Positions 13,380 to 27,687 of a DNA stretch of 64,000 nt are shown one piece after another. Under the pieces are notes generated by a model. It worked only from the letters and a program-made list of their open reading frames with translations. It had not been told where the DNA came from and searched no databases. This DNA is from Tubulanus polymorphus (Eukaryota > Animalia > Nemertea). Location: assembly GCF_964204645.1 (NCBI RefSeq), contig NC_134028.1, positions 18,669,653 to 18,733,652 of the forward strand, given 5' to 3'. Within the stretch, counting starts at the first letter, position 1, and every line of letters begins with the position of its first letter. The translations under genes and the position numbers were made by a program.

Positions 13380-15450
13380 TTTTTTTCGTTAGTTAATGTT
13401 GCTTCGTGGAAGTTCCAAATTGATGGTTCGTACATTGGCGGTACTCTTCGGAGGCTGACTATCCCGTTCGGGGATCTAACTGGTCTATGTGCGGCTATCC
13501 CCGCCACACAGACGCTTAAGTCATCACGTGAAGGATAAACCCATAACGTGAAGTATAATGTAGTAACGTGAAGGATAAACTCATAACCTGAAGGATAATG
13601 TCATGACGTGAAGGATCAACCTTAAATCTAACGTGAAGGATAAACCCATAACGTGAAGTATAATGTTGTAACGTGAAGGATCAACTCATAACGTGAAGTA
13701 TAATGTCATGACATGAAGGATCAACTCACGTCATCAAGAATAAACCTATTATGTCACCAGATGGCGTGCCGGTCGGAAATAGCCCGGCAACCAGTCTAAA
13801 ATAATTTAGGTTCAAATGCAAATTCATTTTATTCATCATACGATTCAAATTCAATTCAATTCAAAATAACTCTATACGATTAAGAAGCGTCGTAAGTTTT
13901 ACGGCGGACGAGTGGAGGTGAAAAAAAGTTTATCTCGAAAAGTTTTGTATAGTATGTTGCCGGGGGAGTCCGATTGGACTTCAGCATTACAACGGCATCA
14001 TTTAATAAAGTAATTAATGATTCTCTGTAAGTGTTGTTGGCCTACATATTTTGCGCGTAATTTTCCGCATCGGAAATAAAAATTACCTCCACTCCACCTT
14101 AGAAAAATTCGCATTTTAACCGAAATTATTTAAGACTGGTTGCCGGTCTATTTCCGACCGGCACGCCATCTGGTGACATAATAGGTTTATCCTTGATGAC
14201 GTGAGTTGATCCTTCACGTCATGACATTATACTTCACGTTATGAGTTGATCCTTCACGTTACAACATTATACTTCACGTTATGGGTTTATCCTTCACGTT
14301 ACTACATTATACATCACGTTATGGGTTTATCCTTCACGTCATGACTTTAGCGTCTGTCTGGCGGGGATGGCCGCCCATACTTGTCGCCAAGAGCCATTTA
14401 CGTAAGTTGAATTAGAATAGTCCAGAAGTTCAATTGCCTAATCAGGGACGTTTTCGAGGAGATACGCCAATCCAGCAGGTACATCATCTACAGGCAAAAA
14501 TGCTAAGCCATCAAGCATCCCCACAAATAATTGAAATTCGGCATTTTCTCAATAGTGTTGAGATAAACCAAGTGATTGTATTTTGCGCCATGTCGATTGC
14601 GTAAGATGAAAGAAACATCCTTTCACATTCACAAGGTTATCAAAAGCAACGTTAATGGCTTGCGGTACTGCTCTCTCGTAGTCCACCGTGATGGTTTCTG
14701 GTTCTAAATATAGATTTCGCTCCTGGCACTCATTCATTAGAATACGTAGCATATCTTCATAGGTCCCCTGATCTTTTTTCTCTAGTAAACAATAAGCAAC
14801 AGATATTGATGTACCACCAAATTGAATTCGAATTACATAAATTTGCTCGAAAAGTGAAGGGGCCAAACTAAAATTGCCATCCATAAACCATGACTTGGAT
14901 GAAGCTAGTTTTCGAAGTCCATCATCGCTAGAAAATATAATCATTCTTCTTCCTTGCTCTTCATTATCATGAAGGAGAAATCTCTCGGCAGCTTCTCCAG
15001 ATGTCGCAGCCCATTTTCCGTCTATTCTCAATTCTCGTAGTGAATCTGGCTCTTTAGGATAATTCTTTCTACGTTCACGGCGGATACTTTTCTTACAGGC
15101 TTCTTCATTTGCAAGACGGGCTTTTACATTGACATCGGTTATTTTTGATAAGACTTCAGTGAAAATGTGTACTGGTTTTTCTTAAACTTTCTTCAGCCAA
15201 TCTCTTCATTTCATTTCTAGATTTAGAAATATCTACAGTTGTCTGGTCTGCAATGTGATTATGCTCTCCAGTTTCTCTAGGATTCTTCATTCCAACGTCA
15301 GTAATAACACATCCCTTGAATTTCGTAGTTCTGCTTCTTATACAATTCCATCGAATCTGTCTTGCCCATACGACGGTCGCAATGCAGAAAAATGTGTTGA
15401 TGGTCACTTCTTAAATTTCTTGAAATTGATAATCGATGGGACTTGCAACT
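13380..15450 (-). mobile_element. Decayed FLYWCH-type MULE (Mutator) transposase
   Basis: WNC...GC...EHNH finger; WFMDGNF...PSLFEQIYVI, DYERA, GCFFHLTQSTWRKIQSLGL, GLAFLP; resumes after the insertion with RRVPPMYEPSIWNFHEATL; stops and frameshifts present. Confidence 0.88.
13488..14377. mobile_element. Foldback-type element with long TIRs containing ~20-bp tandem repeats, inserted in the MULE ORF
   Basis: 13488-13824 is inverted at 14106-14377; arms carry ACGTGAAGGATAAACCCATA/ACGTGAAGTATAATGT arrays of unequal copy number; TA on both flanks. Confidence 0.85.
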
Positions 15451-16860
15451 AAAAAGAACCACAATTATTATACTCAGGTAAAAGATTAAATGCACATTTC
15501 TGGGAGGCAAATTTCGTCGTGTATATATTCAATGGCTCGTCTGTGTTCAACAAGTAAAGTACGATCACGTGTACTGCTTATACGACTTTTCAGCTTGTAA
15601 AGCAATATCTGCCAAAAATGTGCTCTCTGTCCTCAACTTAAAACTCAAAACATGTTTAAATGTAAATAATTCTGCATTTTCATTTCCGCCATATTTTCAT
15701 GTTATATGATTATTTTCCAACAATAGATCGTTTAAAATCAACAAAACAGAAAATAACTATTGAAAAGAAAAGAGGTTCTTGCAAAGTTGTGTAGGCCTAC
15801 CTTTTGGCTAGTCCAATAAAATTCTTTCAAGTGAATTCGCTGGGAGCCAATTACACGATCACGGATATTTTTTGGGATTCAACTGGCCCAATCAATCGGC
15901 ACAAGCAGATCTTGACAATTTAGGCCTCGACCACCCATGAGAGTATTACCAACGTCAGACATTTTAGAATCTTTTGATACAACTGGAAAAAGCTACAAAA
16001 TCTGCCGATAGTCGTCCTTCACTAACGTATGGAACAGCTCCACGTATAGTAATTCCGGTCATTGATTGCAGAGTGTTTTTGCTTTCGTAGGTGGATGAGA
16101 ATGTGGCAGATTGAGCAACTGCATTACTTAGTTTATTCATGATATGTCCGTTGCATCAAGCACAACTACGTATAAGTTTCATTAACCACCTCAAATAAAG
16201 ATATTCCATTACATGCGCAAAGGTATAGAATGATCCACTGTCTAAATCTGTTTTGGAATGAATAAGATATGTGACTAAACTTAATATTTTGTTCACCTTT
16301 CTGATTTTTACAATAAGATTTCAAACTAAAGAATTCAGAAATTAAAACTACACTTCAAAATTATTTATCTATAATTACAACTCTCAGTTGCAGAATTGAA
16401 ATTTTATTGAATCAATCTTTTGGGATTATATCATGATATAGCAGTGGTTAAAATCGAGGGGGGGGGGTAATATTGCTGCCCAATAAGCTTAGGGGGTACC
16501 TCAAAATTTCTATAGTAACTTCAATTAGAAGAATTCAATCAACTCGCGGAAGGGGGGATGGAGGCCTCCCGCGCATTCAAACTAATTAAACAGTTTAAAA
16601 CTAATTAGACAGTTATTCTAATTGGCGGAACTATTGAAAGTTTGAGATGCTCCCTCATGGTTTGGATCTATGGCCTAGGCCCGTCATCCATCTGTCCTGG
16701 CTGATAAAATATTTGTAGTTGTCAATTTTACATGGAATCGGACCGCCTTTACAGTAATCTTCGATATCAGATTAAACCCGGACTGGATTCTATATTGCAC
16801 CCGAAACGAAAAAAAATTAAAGAGCAGTAAGAGGTATGCTATTTAGACAGACTCTCAAAG

Positions 16861-17010
16861 GCAGACAAGGTTCCCTTAATAGAGTTCGTTTCAAAATTCA
16901 ATGAAAGGCTCTATAATGCTTGGCAATGTGCCCGTAAGCATTTGGAAAATACTCAGAAGAAAATGAAAACTAAATTTGATATCGAATCAAACAAGAGGAC
17001 TTCAAAGTCC
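16861..17010 (+). mobile_element. Gypsy integrase C-terminal fragment
   Basis: Open frame ADKVPLIEFVSKFNERLYNAWQCARKHLENTQKKMKTKFDIESNKR is typical of the post-integrase helix. Confidence 0.6.
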
Positions 17011-18103
17011 AGAGGTTCGAAGAAGCAAAGTCTGATGTATAAATTATAAATTTAAAAGAAAGGCAAATTATGGAAAAGAAATTAATATTCCATTAGAGAC
17101 GGTTGCTTTAAAAAAATTCAATTTGTTTTCCGTTTGCATTGCGCACGTGGAAATGTCATTGTTTACATCTGACGTCATCGATAAAATGAGGCGCGCAGCT
17201 GAGCCTGCCTGTCAATCAACATAATTGGTTTACACTAGAAATGCGCTTACTTGAAATCTATAGTATATCAATCTGGAATTTTCGGCAAAATATCCGATGC
17301 TAAATACCTTACTTTAAAGGTTTATTTGTTGTAAATCGGATCACAAATATTTCTAATATTTTGTTCATAACTTTTGAAGTGGAGGCCGGTGTCGGCATCA
17401 ACGTGTGTAAGGCTGCACTGTACGTACGGTACTGGCGCTTAAACAGGCTCAGCATTAATGGTGTATTTATGCGCGAGTAGATGTAATGAGTTGTTTTAAC
17501 CGCTAAATCGGCGTTCATCACGCATGATTTAAAAAAATGATATTATTCAGAGTATTTAAGTATATTTATCATGATAATTATAATATTCATAAGACAAGCG
17601 AATTACGTCTGTGAACCTATTTCATTGAGGCGTATCACGCAATCTGAAAAAAAAATCTTCCGATCCTGTCACGTGACTTCATGGCTGCACTTGCCGATAG
17701 CTTAAGTTCTCATTCTTCGAACCAAAAACCCGAATATTTAGTCCAGGAGACAAAGTATTAGTATTATTTCCCATTTAAGGCAACGTGTTGAAGTCCAATA
17801 TTCATTGGCCATATGTAATTGCAGAACAATTCAATGATGTAAATTATATCATTTCTACTCCAGATAGGAGCAAAGATACAGTTATGCCATGCAAATATGT
17901 TTAAACGCTATTTTGAAAGAGAATCGCAAGACGGTAGTGATTTGCTGGTTTCTCGATTACAAAATGATGCGATTTGTACTAATGGGAAGTCTTCTTAAAA
18001 TGGCGTGACGGATATAGCGAACCGTTTGAAAACAGTAATTTTTGTGAAGACTATAGGGAAGTCAATTTCCGTTACTAGAAGCGATTCATAACCAATGTCA
18101 CTG

Positions 18104-18232
18104 TGATGACTCTACAGGACGGTTGACAGATGACACCTTACACACCAGTTAGGTGATGACTGCACAGGACTGTTGACAGGTAGACACCCTCAGTAAGGTG
18201 ATGTTGACGATAGGCCCCTCACGCCAGTTAGG
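18104..18232. repeat. Short degenerate tandem repeat (~3 x 35-50 bp)
   Basis: GTGATGACT..ACAGGAC.GTTGACAG...ACACC...CAGT(T/A)AG repeated. Confidence 0.6.
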
Positions 18233-19069
18233 TTCCTTGTGAACGCGTATGCTGCTCATCTTGCACTCTGTTTCGAGGACATCTTTCACCTAATTATTCC
18301 CAAAAATCGATTAATATAATTTTAATATATCATTTTATCATATACCAGCAGGAGACTCGACTTCGACAGGCTGGTTGATGTTGAAACATACACAGCAGTA
18401 GAGACATAACGGTATACAGCAGCGTCACATCTCTATACATGTATAATTAAATGATATATTCATGTTCCTTGACAGAGAAACAGTCTCTCAACTGCCAATG
18501 GTATAGTTCACTAATTCCTGAATATATTTCTCATAGTAACCCTTAACTCTAAACCCAACCCCAACTCTTAACCTAAACATTCACAATTCAAACTTTTCTA
18601 AAAACCTTCTAAATTGTATCGCAAAAATTAAAAAGTTACAGCCAATGACACAAAATTATCAATTTTTTTGATACGCCTTCCTAAAAGTGACATATCTTTT
18701 TTAAACTGTAACTGTATTAGATTGTTGCAGCCGAGAAAAATGAAATCAGAAAAAAGAAATTGTCACCTTTCTAACGATTCGTAAGTTTAAATTTTGTGTC
18801 AAAAGAGGGATGGACGACAATCGCGCTAGAGGTTTTAGATTAGAAAATGTTAGAATCTGTCCAACAATGCGGGATCTCTGGGGCCACTTCAAAATGGCGC
18901 CTGAAAACTTGAAACTTCCCTATTCGTGTGAAAAAGAGCATGTATATATGTGAACTACTGCGTTTTTGCCGTGATCGGTCCAGCCTGGGTCTATGAAATA
19001 TCCTCACTGTTAGTTGTAGATCACCGGATAGTTCACGTTTCCCCCCGAGTTTAGAGCCCGCGTTTCGCC

Positions 19070-19411
19070 AGTCCTAGCGGACTTTGGCGTCCACTTTTCG
19101 ACCGTCGCCCGTCTGCCCGTTCGTCCGTATATGGAATCCAGTTATTTTGGGAAGTTTTAAAGATGTTTCAATCTAATGGGTTGATATTTGGTGTATACAT
19201 GTATTTACCTTAGACACATATTGAACTGGCCTGGTCAGATCAAGATGACCGACAGGCAGCGATTGTTGTTCCCACAAATCAGCACTTTTTACACATTTTT
19301 GAAATTTTCGAGGGAAGTTTTGGTCACCAGGGGGCGTAAAATATTTAAATCATAGATTGTTGAGCATCTGAAACCACTTCTCAAGTGGGCATGGTGTCCT
19401 TGAACCCCTAG
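19070..19411 (-). mobile_element. Old, internally deleted HINE-like copy
   Basis: Reverse complement of both ends of 4621-6026 (..GAACCCCTAG at 19411; GGAATCCAGTTATTTTGGGAAGTTTT). Confidence 0.7.
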
Positions 19412-19445
19412 TTATCAAGAAAATTACCTAACGCGATGACGATTC

Positions 19446-22400
19446 AGTAAAAACGGTACTTGATTCAATAAATGAACTTCATTGAGATTTTTACTAATCT
19501 ACTTGAATCCAAAAAGAACTGATATCACACCAAATTTAAATCTCATGAACACTTTTCTATTCTGTGCAAGAATAAAACAATAAACTTTTTCCTTGAAATA
19601 TTAAGGAAACAGGATTTTAGACGGAAAAATTATTGCCAATCATTGAATTTTCAGAACCCAAAGGTAATGCTCTAATGACTTAATTCAGTTCATTGACCAC
19701 TGGTCGAGTACCGGTACGCAGTTTTCTGAAGCGCAGGTGATCAAGTCTAAAGAACAACTTAATTGTAATAAATGATCTAAAATATTATATGAGCCAATGC
19801 GTTTAATGATTTAATTAACTGGTGTCGTGCTGAGTGGTTTAAATGGCCATAAATACTTTTTCATTTTATTCTTTTTTTAAGCATTGATTAACCATAGATT
19901 TAATTTCATCAAAACTATATTTGTATGCGCTTCCCGCAAATAACATTTTCTATTCGTTCAGTTTTCGGTTGCAAGTTCTATTCACACGATTCGAGTCAAG
20001 CTGTAAAAAAGTATATGTTACACGATACATGTGAAAATAACGCTCAGCGGCAAGTGAGGTGCTGTGTGATCCCGATGTGTAAAAAACCTTTTTAAGGGTA
20101 AAATATTTTTTCTATTTTGTCAACTCCATTCACAAACAGTAGCAAAACATACTCACGAAATTGTTTAAGCCTAAAACGGTTGATTTTGAATTATTGTCTT
20201 CATTGACAACATAAAGAAACCAATGGCAATAGCACCAAAAATTTGAGTTTAACTCTTTTGTGAAACTGAGCGCCCCTGGTCATTTCTAGAATTAACAATA
20301 CGACACGCCGTTTCGAATCGACCACGATATTCGGGAAGTATGAATTAAATGATCAATGGTGGTCAGCGATAGTCATTTTGTGAATTTGCAACGATTAAAC
20401 CTTTTTAGTTTGACATCACTAACGCGGTATATTGCTCGAGAAGTTTGAATTGATCAGTGATGGTCAGTTCATGTATTTGCAATGATGAATCCTTGGAAGT
20501 TTAAAACGAAACGCGGTATTTTGTTCTCTTATTCGAGAAGTTTGAATAAGCCAGTGGTGGTCAGTGATGGCCAATTTATGAATTTGCAATGGTGAATCCT
20601 TTCTACTTTGATACCAAACGCAGTATCCGTTTTCATAATCGAGAATGAATTGGTCAGTGGTGGTTAGTAATGGTCATTTTATGAATTTGCAATGATGAAT
20701 CCTTGGAAGTTTGAAACCAAATGCGTAGTCGTTATCATAAAGAAGTTTGAATTGGTCAGTGGTGGTCAGTAATGGCCAGTTCATTAATTTGCAATGATGA
20801 ATCCTTGGAGGTTTGAAACGAAACATGACGTGAACATTTCCAATATTCCCGTTCAGACTCGAGGATGTATCAATTGTTCAGTTTCTGACCAGTGTCATCA
20901 TGTGGTCCGATGAAATATTTTGTAGATAAAAAATGAAGGGGCAAAAAGCACATGTCAATCTCAATCGGACGAAACTGAGATCAAACATCATACACCATTT
21001 AGCATCATCCCCGCAAAAAGGGTTAGTTCAGCCGAGCGGAGTTTTCATTGTGGCCTATGTCGACTACCCCTCCAGTACGGGAAGTCGAGCAAAACGGTGT
21101 CTACCGTGTCGGAGAAATCCGTAACTACGTAGACTGCAATCGAAGGGGACGGAAGCACACGTGTGCCGTCGCCTTCGATTGCATTACTTTGTTTGTTTGG
21201 CTTTGTCGTTTGGATCTTGGTTCCCCAAGACTAACCCTAATTGGATTTTTTAACCTAACGACGGGGCATATGAAGTGTTACCCGCACTGACACTGTAATG
21301 CATTATGAGTTTTCCGGTTTGCTCGGCTACCCGTACTGGCGGGGTAGTCTAGAGAGGCCAATGAAAACTCCGGTTTGCTGAACCACCCCTCTTTGCGGGG
21401 ATGCGGTATGATGTTTGATCTGACAGTTTCAAGTGGTTAATGGCTGTTTCAAGTCACTTATTACAACGATGCTTATTACTTCGTGGTACATGGTGGTTTA
21501 AAAAAAGATTTCATAATAATACGCTCACCGCGTGGGCTTCGTAGAAAGACCACTACCTGTGACCTTCCCAAATTTTAATTGTCCTGTCCGATTTGGTTTC
21601 ATCCAATTGAGAGACTGCCTTTTCCAGTTAGGGCATTTTTGGATCACGTCACTCCAGGAAATGACTTAACGCTTTTGGGCCCCTTCGTCGGTTCCACATG
21701 TTTCATTTGAGCTATAGACCACAATGGTGACACCATGATGGTCAGTAACTGACCAATTGAGATATCCCCGAGTCTGAACACTTGACTTCGAATTTCGGAA
21801 ATTTATCATGTAATGTTTGTTTTCAAACTACTAAGGAATCATAATTGCAAATTCATCACTGACCATCACTGACCACCAATGACCAATTCAAACTTCTCGA
21901 ATATGAAAACGATATACCGCGTTATGGTGTCAAACTAGAAAGGATTCGCCATTGAAAATTCATAAATTGACCATCACTGACCACCACTGACCAATTGAAA
22001 CTTCTTGAAAGAACGATATACCGGTACCGCATTTGGTGTGAAACTAGAAAGGATTCGCAATTAAAATTCATAAATTGACCATCACTGATCACCACTGCCC
22101 AAGTGAAACTTCTCAAATATCGTGGTCGAATTCGAAAGTGCTTGTCGTCGTATTGCTATTTCTAGAAACCAGCAGAAAGTTTTGCTACTGTTTTTGAATG
22201 GCGTTGACATGATGGAAATTTATTACCCATAAATGGGTTACACATCTGGATCACAGCTCCTCACTTACCGCAGTGCGTTATTTTCACTGCATAGTAATGC
22301 TAATACATAAACTTTTTTACTACTTGACTCGAATCATCTGAACAGTACTGCGTTTGAAAACTCAACGAATAGAAAATGTTTGCGGGAAGCGCCTACAAAT

Positions 22401-22855
22401 TAGTTATAATAAGATTAATTAATCGATGCATGAAAAACAATTAAATCACAAGGTGACTAACACTCGTCTTTCAACCAATCTGCGCGATACCAATTAATTA
22501 AATCATTAAACGCATTGGGTTCCTAATATTTGAAATCATGTGATACAATAGTTGTTCTTTAGACTTGGCCACTTTCATTTCAGAAAACCGCGTACTAGAC
22601 CAGTGATCACCGAGGCATTAACCATTCCTTCAAGTTTTGAAAATTCAATGGTAACGCGGATTCTTCGCCTCTAAAAACTGTTTCGTTAATAGTTTTCTTT
22701 ATATGAAAAGTGTTCATAGGAATTGAAATTTGGAGTGATATCAGTCACAGCTGCTGTAACCCTTTTTCATTGTCAGTTCTTTTTTGGAATTCAAGTAGAT
22801 TAGTGAAAATATCAATGATGAAGTTCACTTATTATATCTAGTACCGTTTTTACTG
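19446..22855. mobile_element. Old large foldback element, ~1.1-1.4 kb diverged inverted arms with ~100-bp internal tandem repeats
   Basis: CAGTAAAAACGGTACT at 19446 versus AGTACCGTTTTTACTG at 22840; collinear inverted similarity throughout; TGGTCAGTGGTGGTCAGT..GAATTTGCAATG..GAATCCTT units in both arms. Confidence 0.8.
20962..21429. mobile_element. Inner inverted-repeat element enclosing a SINE 3' tail
   Basis: 20962-21098 is inverted at 21314-21429; 21188-21289 is the reverse complement of the SINE tail at 45987-46103. Confidence 0.7.
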
Positions 22856-24589
22856 TCGCATGCGAGTCGAAACAAAAAGATCTATCCAACTGCATATCTT
22901 CGGGTATAAACTGTAATATCCTTCAGTATGTTATGAATATCTTTAAAGATTTGTGTTCTAGTATAATACCCGAAGGTTTAACTATCGGACACATAAAAGA
23001 TTCGCCATAGTCAAAGTTTTTTAGAAAATCTTTCTTCGAGAAAGAAAGATCTTTAAAAGAACGATTGGCGTCAAACTAAACCATAATGGACTGTTGTGAA
23101 TTTATTGAATAATCCACCTGAGAAATTTAAAGATTTCGAAGCAAAATTTATTCATATAAATCAAAAATGCATGAATAACTTGACCTTATTTGCGGGTCTC
23201 ATGAAACACTTTCGTGCGCTCTTTTTAAATCTAAAATAGCATAAATACATGCGTGTTTCGTTATAAACAAGGTTAAATTCCAAACGCACATGAAATATGG
23301 AGCCTGTATCACACGATATACACATCTTGAATTTTCTCTAACTACGTAGGCCCTTTCCGAATGGGAATTGTTCAGTTTTTTTAACGGCCGACATTCAGAG
23401 GCACCTAAAAAACCGGTTGTATAGCACTTGAGATTTTCAGTGTAGGGCACATCTCACATTGACTCGGCTCGCAGTCGGTGGTTTAATGGGAACACATCTG
23501 GTTGTTACTAGTTTAAAAGTTGACGAATTCAGAAAACTTTTTTCAAATGTCTTTGATAACTTTTTAAACATAGTATTCTTCTTAATTACATTTCGCTGAT
23601 TCCATAGATATTTTTTCATGAAAATTGCTCCAGTTATAACGGATTTAAACATACATGTAAAATGATTATTTTCAAAATATTCAATTTTCTCCGATTTTGA
23701 AGAAATTCTGACACAATATCATCTCCACTCGACACATGATTTTACTTCGGCGCCTTTGAAGGGAGTGTCACTTGTTGTTGAGTTCATATTTAGTCAAACA
23801 AGAAGATATGCCTGATTCCTTTTTAGAATTTAGATTTCGACGGATATCATCAAATTACTAGAAAGGGACAGCAGCTTTCGGTCATCCGCAAAAAATACCT
23901 AAAATTCTCTCCTAGGGTTATGGAAAAACATGTCACGAAACATATGGAAAATCCTTTGTTTGGTAGACTGAAATTATTGAACTCTTAAATAGCAACATTT
24001 AGAGAAACAAAAACATAAGAATATATTCTCACCCACCCTTGAAAAAAACAACGTGATTTCAATTAAAGATGACACGTAGCCTCATATCAAATGATTATGA
24101 ACGCAACAGACAGAGCCTATTCATTCTCTTTACGAGGATGGGTCTCCACATTCATAGGATACGATACGAGATTCGTGGGTACGAATGATGAATACAACTG
24201 ATAAAGCGCCAATTTCACTGATTCTTGTACAGAAAGGTGTTTTAGAGTAATCTAGTTAACAGGTGTGTTTTAGGAGTATTTTGAATTTAAATTCAAATCG
24301 GGGTTCATGACGAATATTGAGCATTCTAGGGCTGGAGCAAGAAACGTGTGGGATCGTCCGCCAATCGTATCGCCAAAGAAATAATAAGGAGCCAGTCCGT
24401 GGTGGCTATTGAAAGCGACGACCGCATGTGAATGCATTGATTGAATGACATCTCAAAAGTCAGATTATATAAAATTGAACATGATATATGGATAGGTTAT
24501 TCCATATATACTGGTAAAAATGATGCCCAATATGTGATATAAATGTTCAATTAAAAAGTGGAAACCGAATCCATAATTCAGTCTGGTAT

Positions 24590-24670
24590 TGTTATAACAT
24601 CAAACACTCAAATTTAATCCTTTGTTAGATTGCTAGCCAGTGTAGATGAGCAAGAATAGTGGTCCCTAAT
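24590..24670 (-). mobile_element. L2/CR1 LINE ORF2 C-terminal fragment
   Basis: Translates LAHLHWLAI*QRIKFECLML, matching the LHWLP..QRI.FK motif. Confidence 0.5.
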
Positions 24671-27194
24671 TTTAATGTGGACTGTTCAACAAGTTGGAGT
24701 TTGTGTAGAGATGAATGAGTTTAAAATGGAGTGGAATCTAGATAATACTGTTTGAATGTCTATTACTCAATATTTTTATTGATCATAAAAAATTGTGGTA
24801 AAATATTTGACTCTAGGGTTGGTTTTAGATTGTATCTCTCCACGCCAGAGGTAATCACGGATATTGGACTACACAAAATTCCTTGTGTACAGCTCAACTT
24901 TTAAAATCCCTGGAAAAGCTCGCCACGGATATACCTCAGTAATGATAAATTTTCCCACAAATTCTCCCCTTCGAAAAACCTAAACAACCAATGTACGCTT
25001 GCTCTAAGTTTCCCAATGCACTATTGTTACCTTTTCTAGCTATTTGCACTAGCTGTTTGTCGCAAATAGATTGCATCCTCTATTACAGGAGTAAAGGATA
25101 CAGCTCTGGGACCCGTTTCTTTAAAGATAGTTTAAATTAACCATCATCCAATATGATACATGACTAAACACACTGAAAAAGATCAACTATGTACACATTT
25201 CAAATTTCAAACCATGTTTTATCATTAGAAAATTACGACACAACGTTCGATCTCTCACTAGAGATAATCTTTTTGAATTTGTACACTGAGTTTTCGTATC
25301 GTATTATCGTATTTTCAATTCTCTGTTTTTGAGTCAACAAGTACAAAGTTATTTTAGCAATGAAAATTTAATCGTCATTATAAATGTTAACTATCCACTG
25401 GTAAACTTACTAACTTTTGGCAACTGACCCTAGATCGTGGAATGGTCTCAGGTGGCCTGCTGATCCCCTCTTTATTTATACTACTGAAGAAATATACAGT
25501 ATAAGACGTAAAAAGTATATGAACATATTATTTATCTTTATATCGCGATAATTCGTGTACGTATGATTGAAAAACGATATTCTATCGAATCTCATGGTAC
25601 TTATGATTATTGTGTATAGAATCAATAATAAGCAACCCTCCACGGATACGAAGCAGCCTAAGTTTACATCCTACCAAAATTATCCTCGAAACTCTCAGCA
25701 TTATTTCAAGGGTCGGTCTTAGAAAATATATGAAGGACGTGCTCACAGGTTAACGAGGCCAAAAATCTTCCCCAAAATTTCAAATTTTTACAAGCAAAGA
25801 TAATATACTTCATGCTTTTGGTGCAGAAAAAAATACATGTCCACAAAATGCAAATTGTGTTTTCAAAGTAAACGATTGAGTGTGGAATTGTTTCGAATTC
25901 AAGGTTTTTCCATTAACACTCCGGTATTTTTCAATAAGTCAAACTATTGTTGATGTGATCAGATGGCCAGTTGAATACTTCATCATTATATTGAAAGATA
26001 TGTTATACTTAATGCATCTTTTCTTAGGCCTTACAGCTTTCTCTATTGGTTAGCGTTGTGATCACTCAAAATTAACCATAGGTTTGAATTCTCACTGATC
26101 TACTACATCTCTACAACAAAAATATATTTCATATTAGGCGATTAACTTTGATCTGTGGTCAGTGGACAGCAGCTACGAAACATTTCAAACTACTACATTA
26201 TCATTCCATCTATTCATGTATATATAATATGATATGATATCTTCTTTGTTCAGTTTAAAAGTCTTGATCGTAAAAGTTTGACAAGTCTCGCATGTTGGTA
26301 CCGATACGCACGTTCACGCGAGTGAAATGTGCACGTTACAGGCTCAAATGCGCACGTTACAATTACAAATGGAAACGTTGTTCGTTCAAAACCCTACGTA
26401 AAAATCTTATGCATTTTAGCGGAATTTCAAAGTCAGCTCGCTACCTACAACAAAAATCGGACAAGACTTTTTCAAGCGACACATTTAAATGTAAGAGCTA
26501 GTAGTACTAACGAAGGATTCACTAAACATATAAATTACTTACGGGGGTTCTGGTTAGCACTGGTAACTGGTCTGTACTGGTCAAGCATTGGTCAGTTAAA
26601 CAATTTTTAGATTAATGCCCACATCATATCTATTTATTTGACACCAAACAACTTAATTGTTTGCAAACAAATAATTTACTATATGGTCAGTACTGGTCAT
26701 GCATTGGTCAGTTAAAAGACCATGGTCCACGCCACATTTGATACCAAACATGATTGGATTGTGTCGTTTCGAAAATTTATCGGTTGGGCAATCTGTGGTC
26801 AGCCCTGGTTCGTTAGGTTCTTATTTTGCGGGCATTTTATCTCGAACCACCGAAAGACCGAATCACTAATTAATTCACCAGATCGTTAATTGCTGATAAT
26901 GAAGATTAGTGTTTAACTAATAGTCCTTGTCTGAACTAAATGTCTCTGGTATGGGTGCTATGGAATCATGTCCTTAACTGTACACCGTACTGTATCTTTG
27001 TACTGTATCTTTTTATGTTCACTACTACCGTAATTGACTATGATGTTTTCAAGTGGTCTTAAGTACCGTTAATAGCCGAAAGTCGTTGATTTATGTGAAA
27101 TTTACATACAGCGCCACCCGTTGATAGTAAAACTAACCCGAGCAATACGGGTGTTAAAGAGATACGCTAGCAAACCGGCATTCTCATAATGGAG

Positions 27195-27283
27195 CCAGGG
27201 CAGCCAGCTCACTCCGGAACCCACGTCACTCAGTGGATGCAAAGGCAGCATCACGCCTTATCTCACTGAGCTACCGAGGCCGC
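27195..27283 (-). mobile_element. tRNA-derived SINE head (family A) upstream of DCTN4
   Basis: Reverse complement AGCGGCCTCGGTAGCTCAGTGAGATAAGGCGTGATGCTG matches 45890-45928. Confidence 0.7.
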
Positions 27284-27495
27284 TGTTATTTTGTTCTGTC
27301 TCGGCTTTGGTCTTATTTTATCCACATTGTATGATTTTCATGTAATCTTCACCTGTCTGTGCTTTATTGATTTTTACACGAACATTTTTGAGTTCAATAA
27401 AGTTACATTGTATTGTATTGAAAATAGAGCTACGCGAAATGGATGCCCTCATTTGGATATTTCCGGAGCTATCCATTTTTGGATCCCGGCATAAA

Positions 27496-27627
27496 ATGGC
27501 GACGTTCGGTAGTAATCTCGAACGGGTCTTATATTCTTGCTTTTGTGGCAAGAAAAATGCGATATGTCGTCTTTATTTCTGTAGACATTGTTTGAAGCTG
27601 AGATGTAGTGATTGCGTCAGTCATGAG
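27496..27627 (+). CDS. DCTN4: Dynactin subunit 4 (p62), coding exon 1
   Basis: MATFGSNLERVLYSC...LYFCRHCLKLRCSDCVSHE; aaaATGg start; donor GTAAGT. Confidence 0.93.
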
Positions 27628-27687
27628 GTAAGTTCAGGATTTATTCAGACGCGTAGGAAGCAATTTTTGATTGCGGCGGCCAAAAAT

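Noticed and set aside
13525-13735. CRISPR-like short repeats
   Set aside because: The units are contiguous without unique spacers, mirrored in the opposite TIR, and there are no cas genes; the context is eukaryotic.
18536-18580. Interstitial telomere
   Set aside because: Only a short degenerate (TAACCC)-like run, common in repeats.
19058-19095. GGCGAAACGCG hairpin as a hammerhead
   Set aside because: It lacks CUGANGA and is explained as the eroded HINE terminus.
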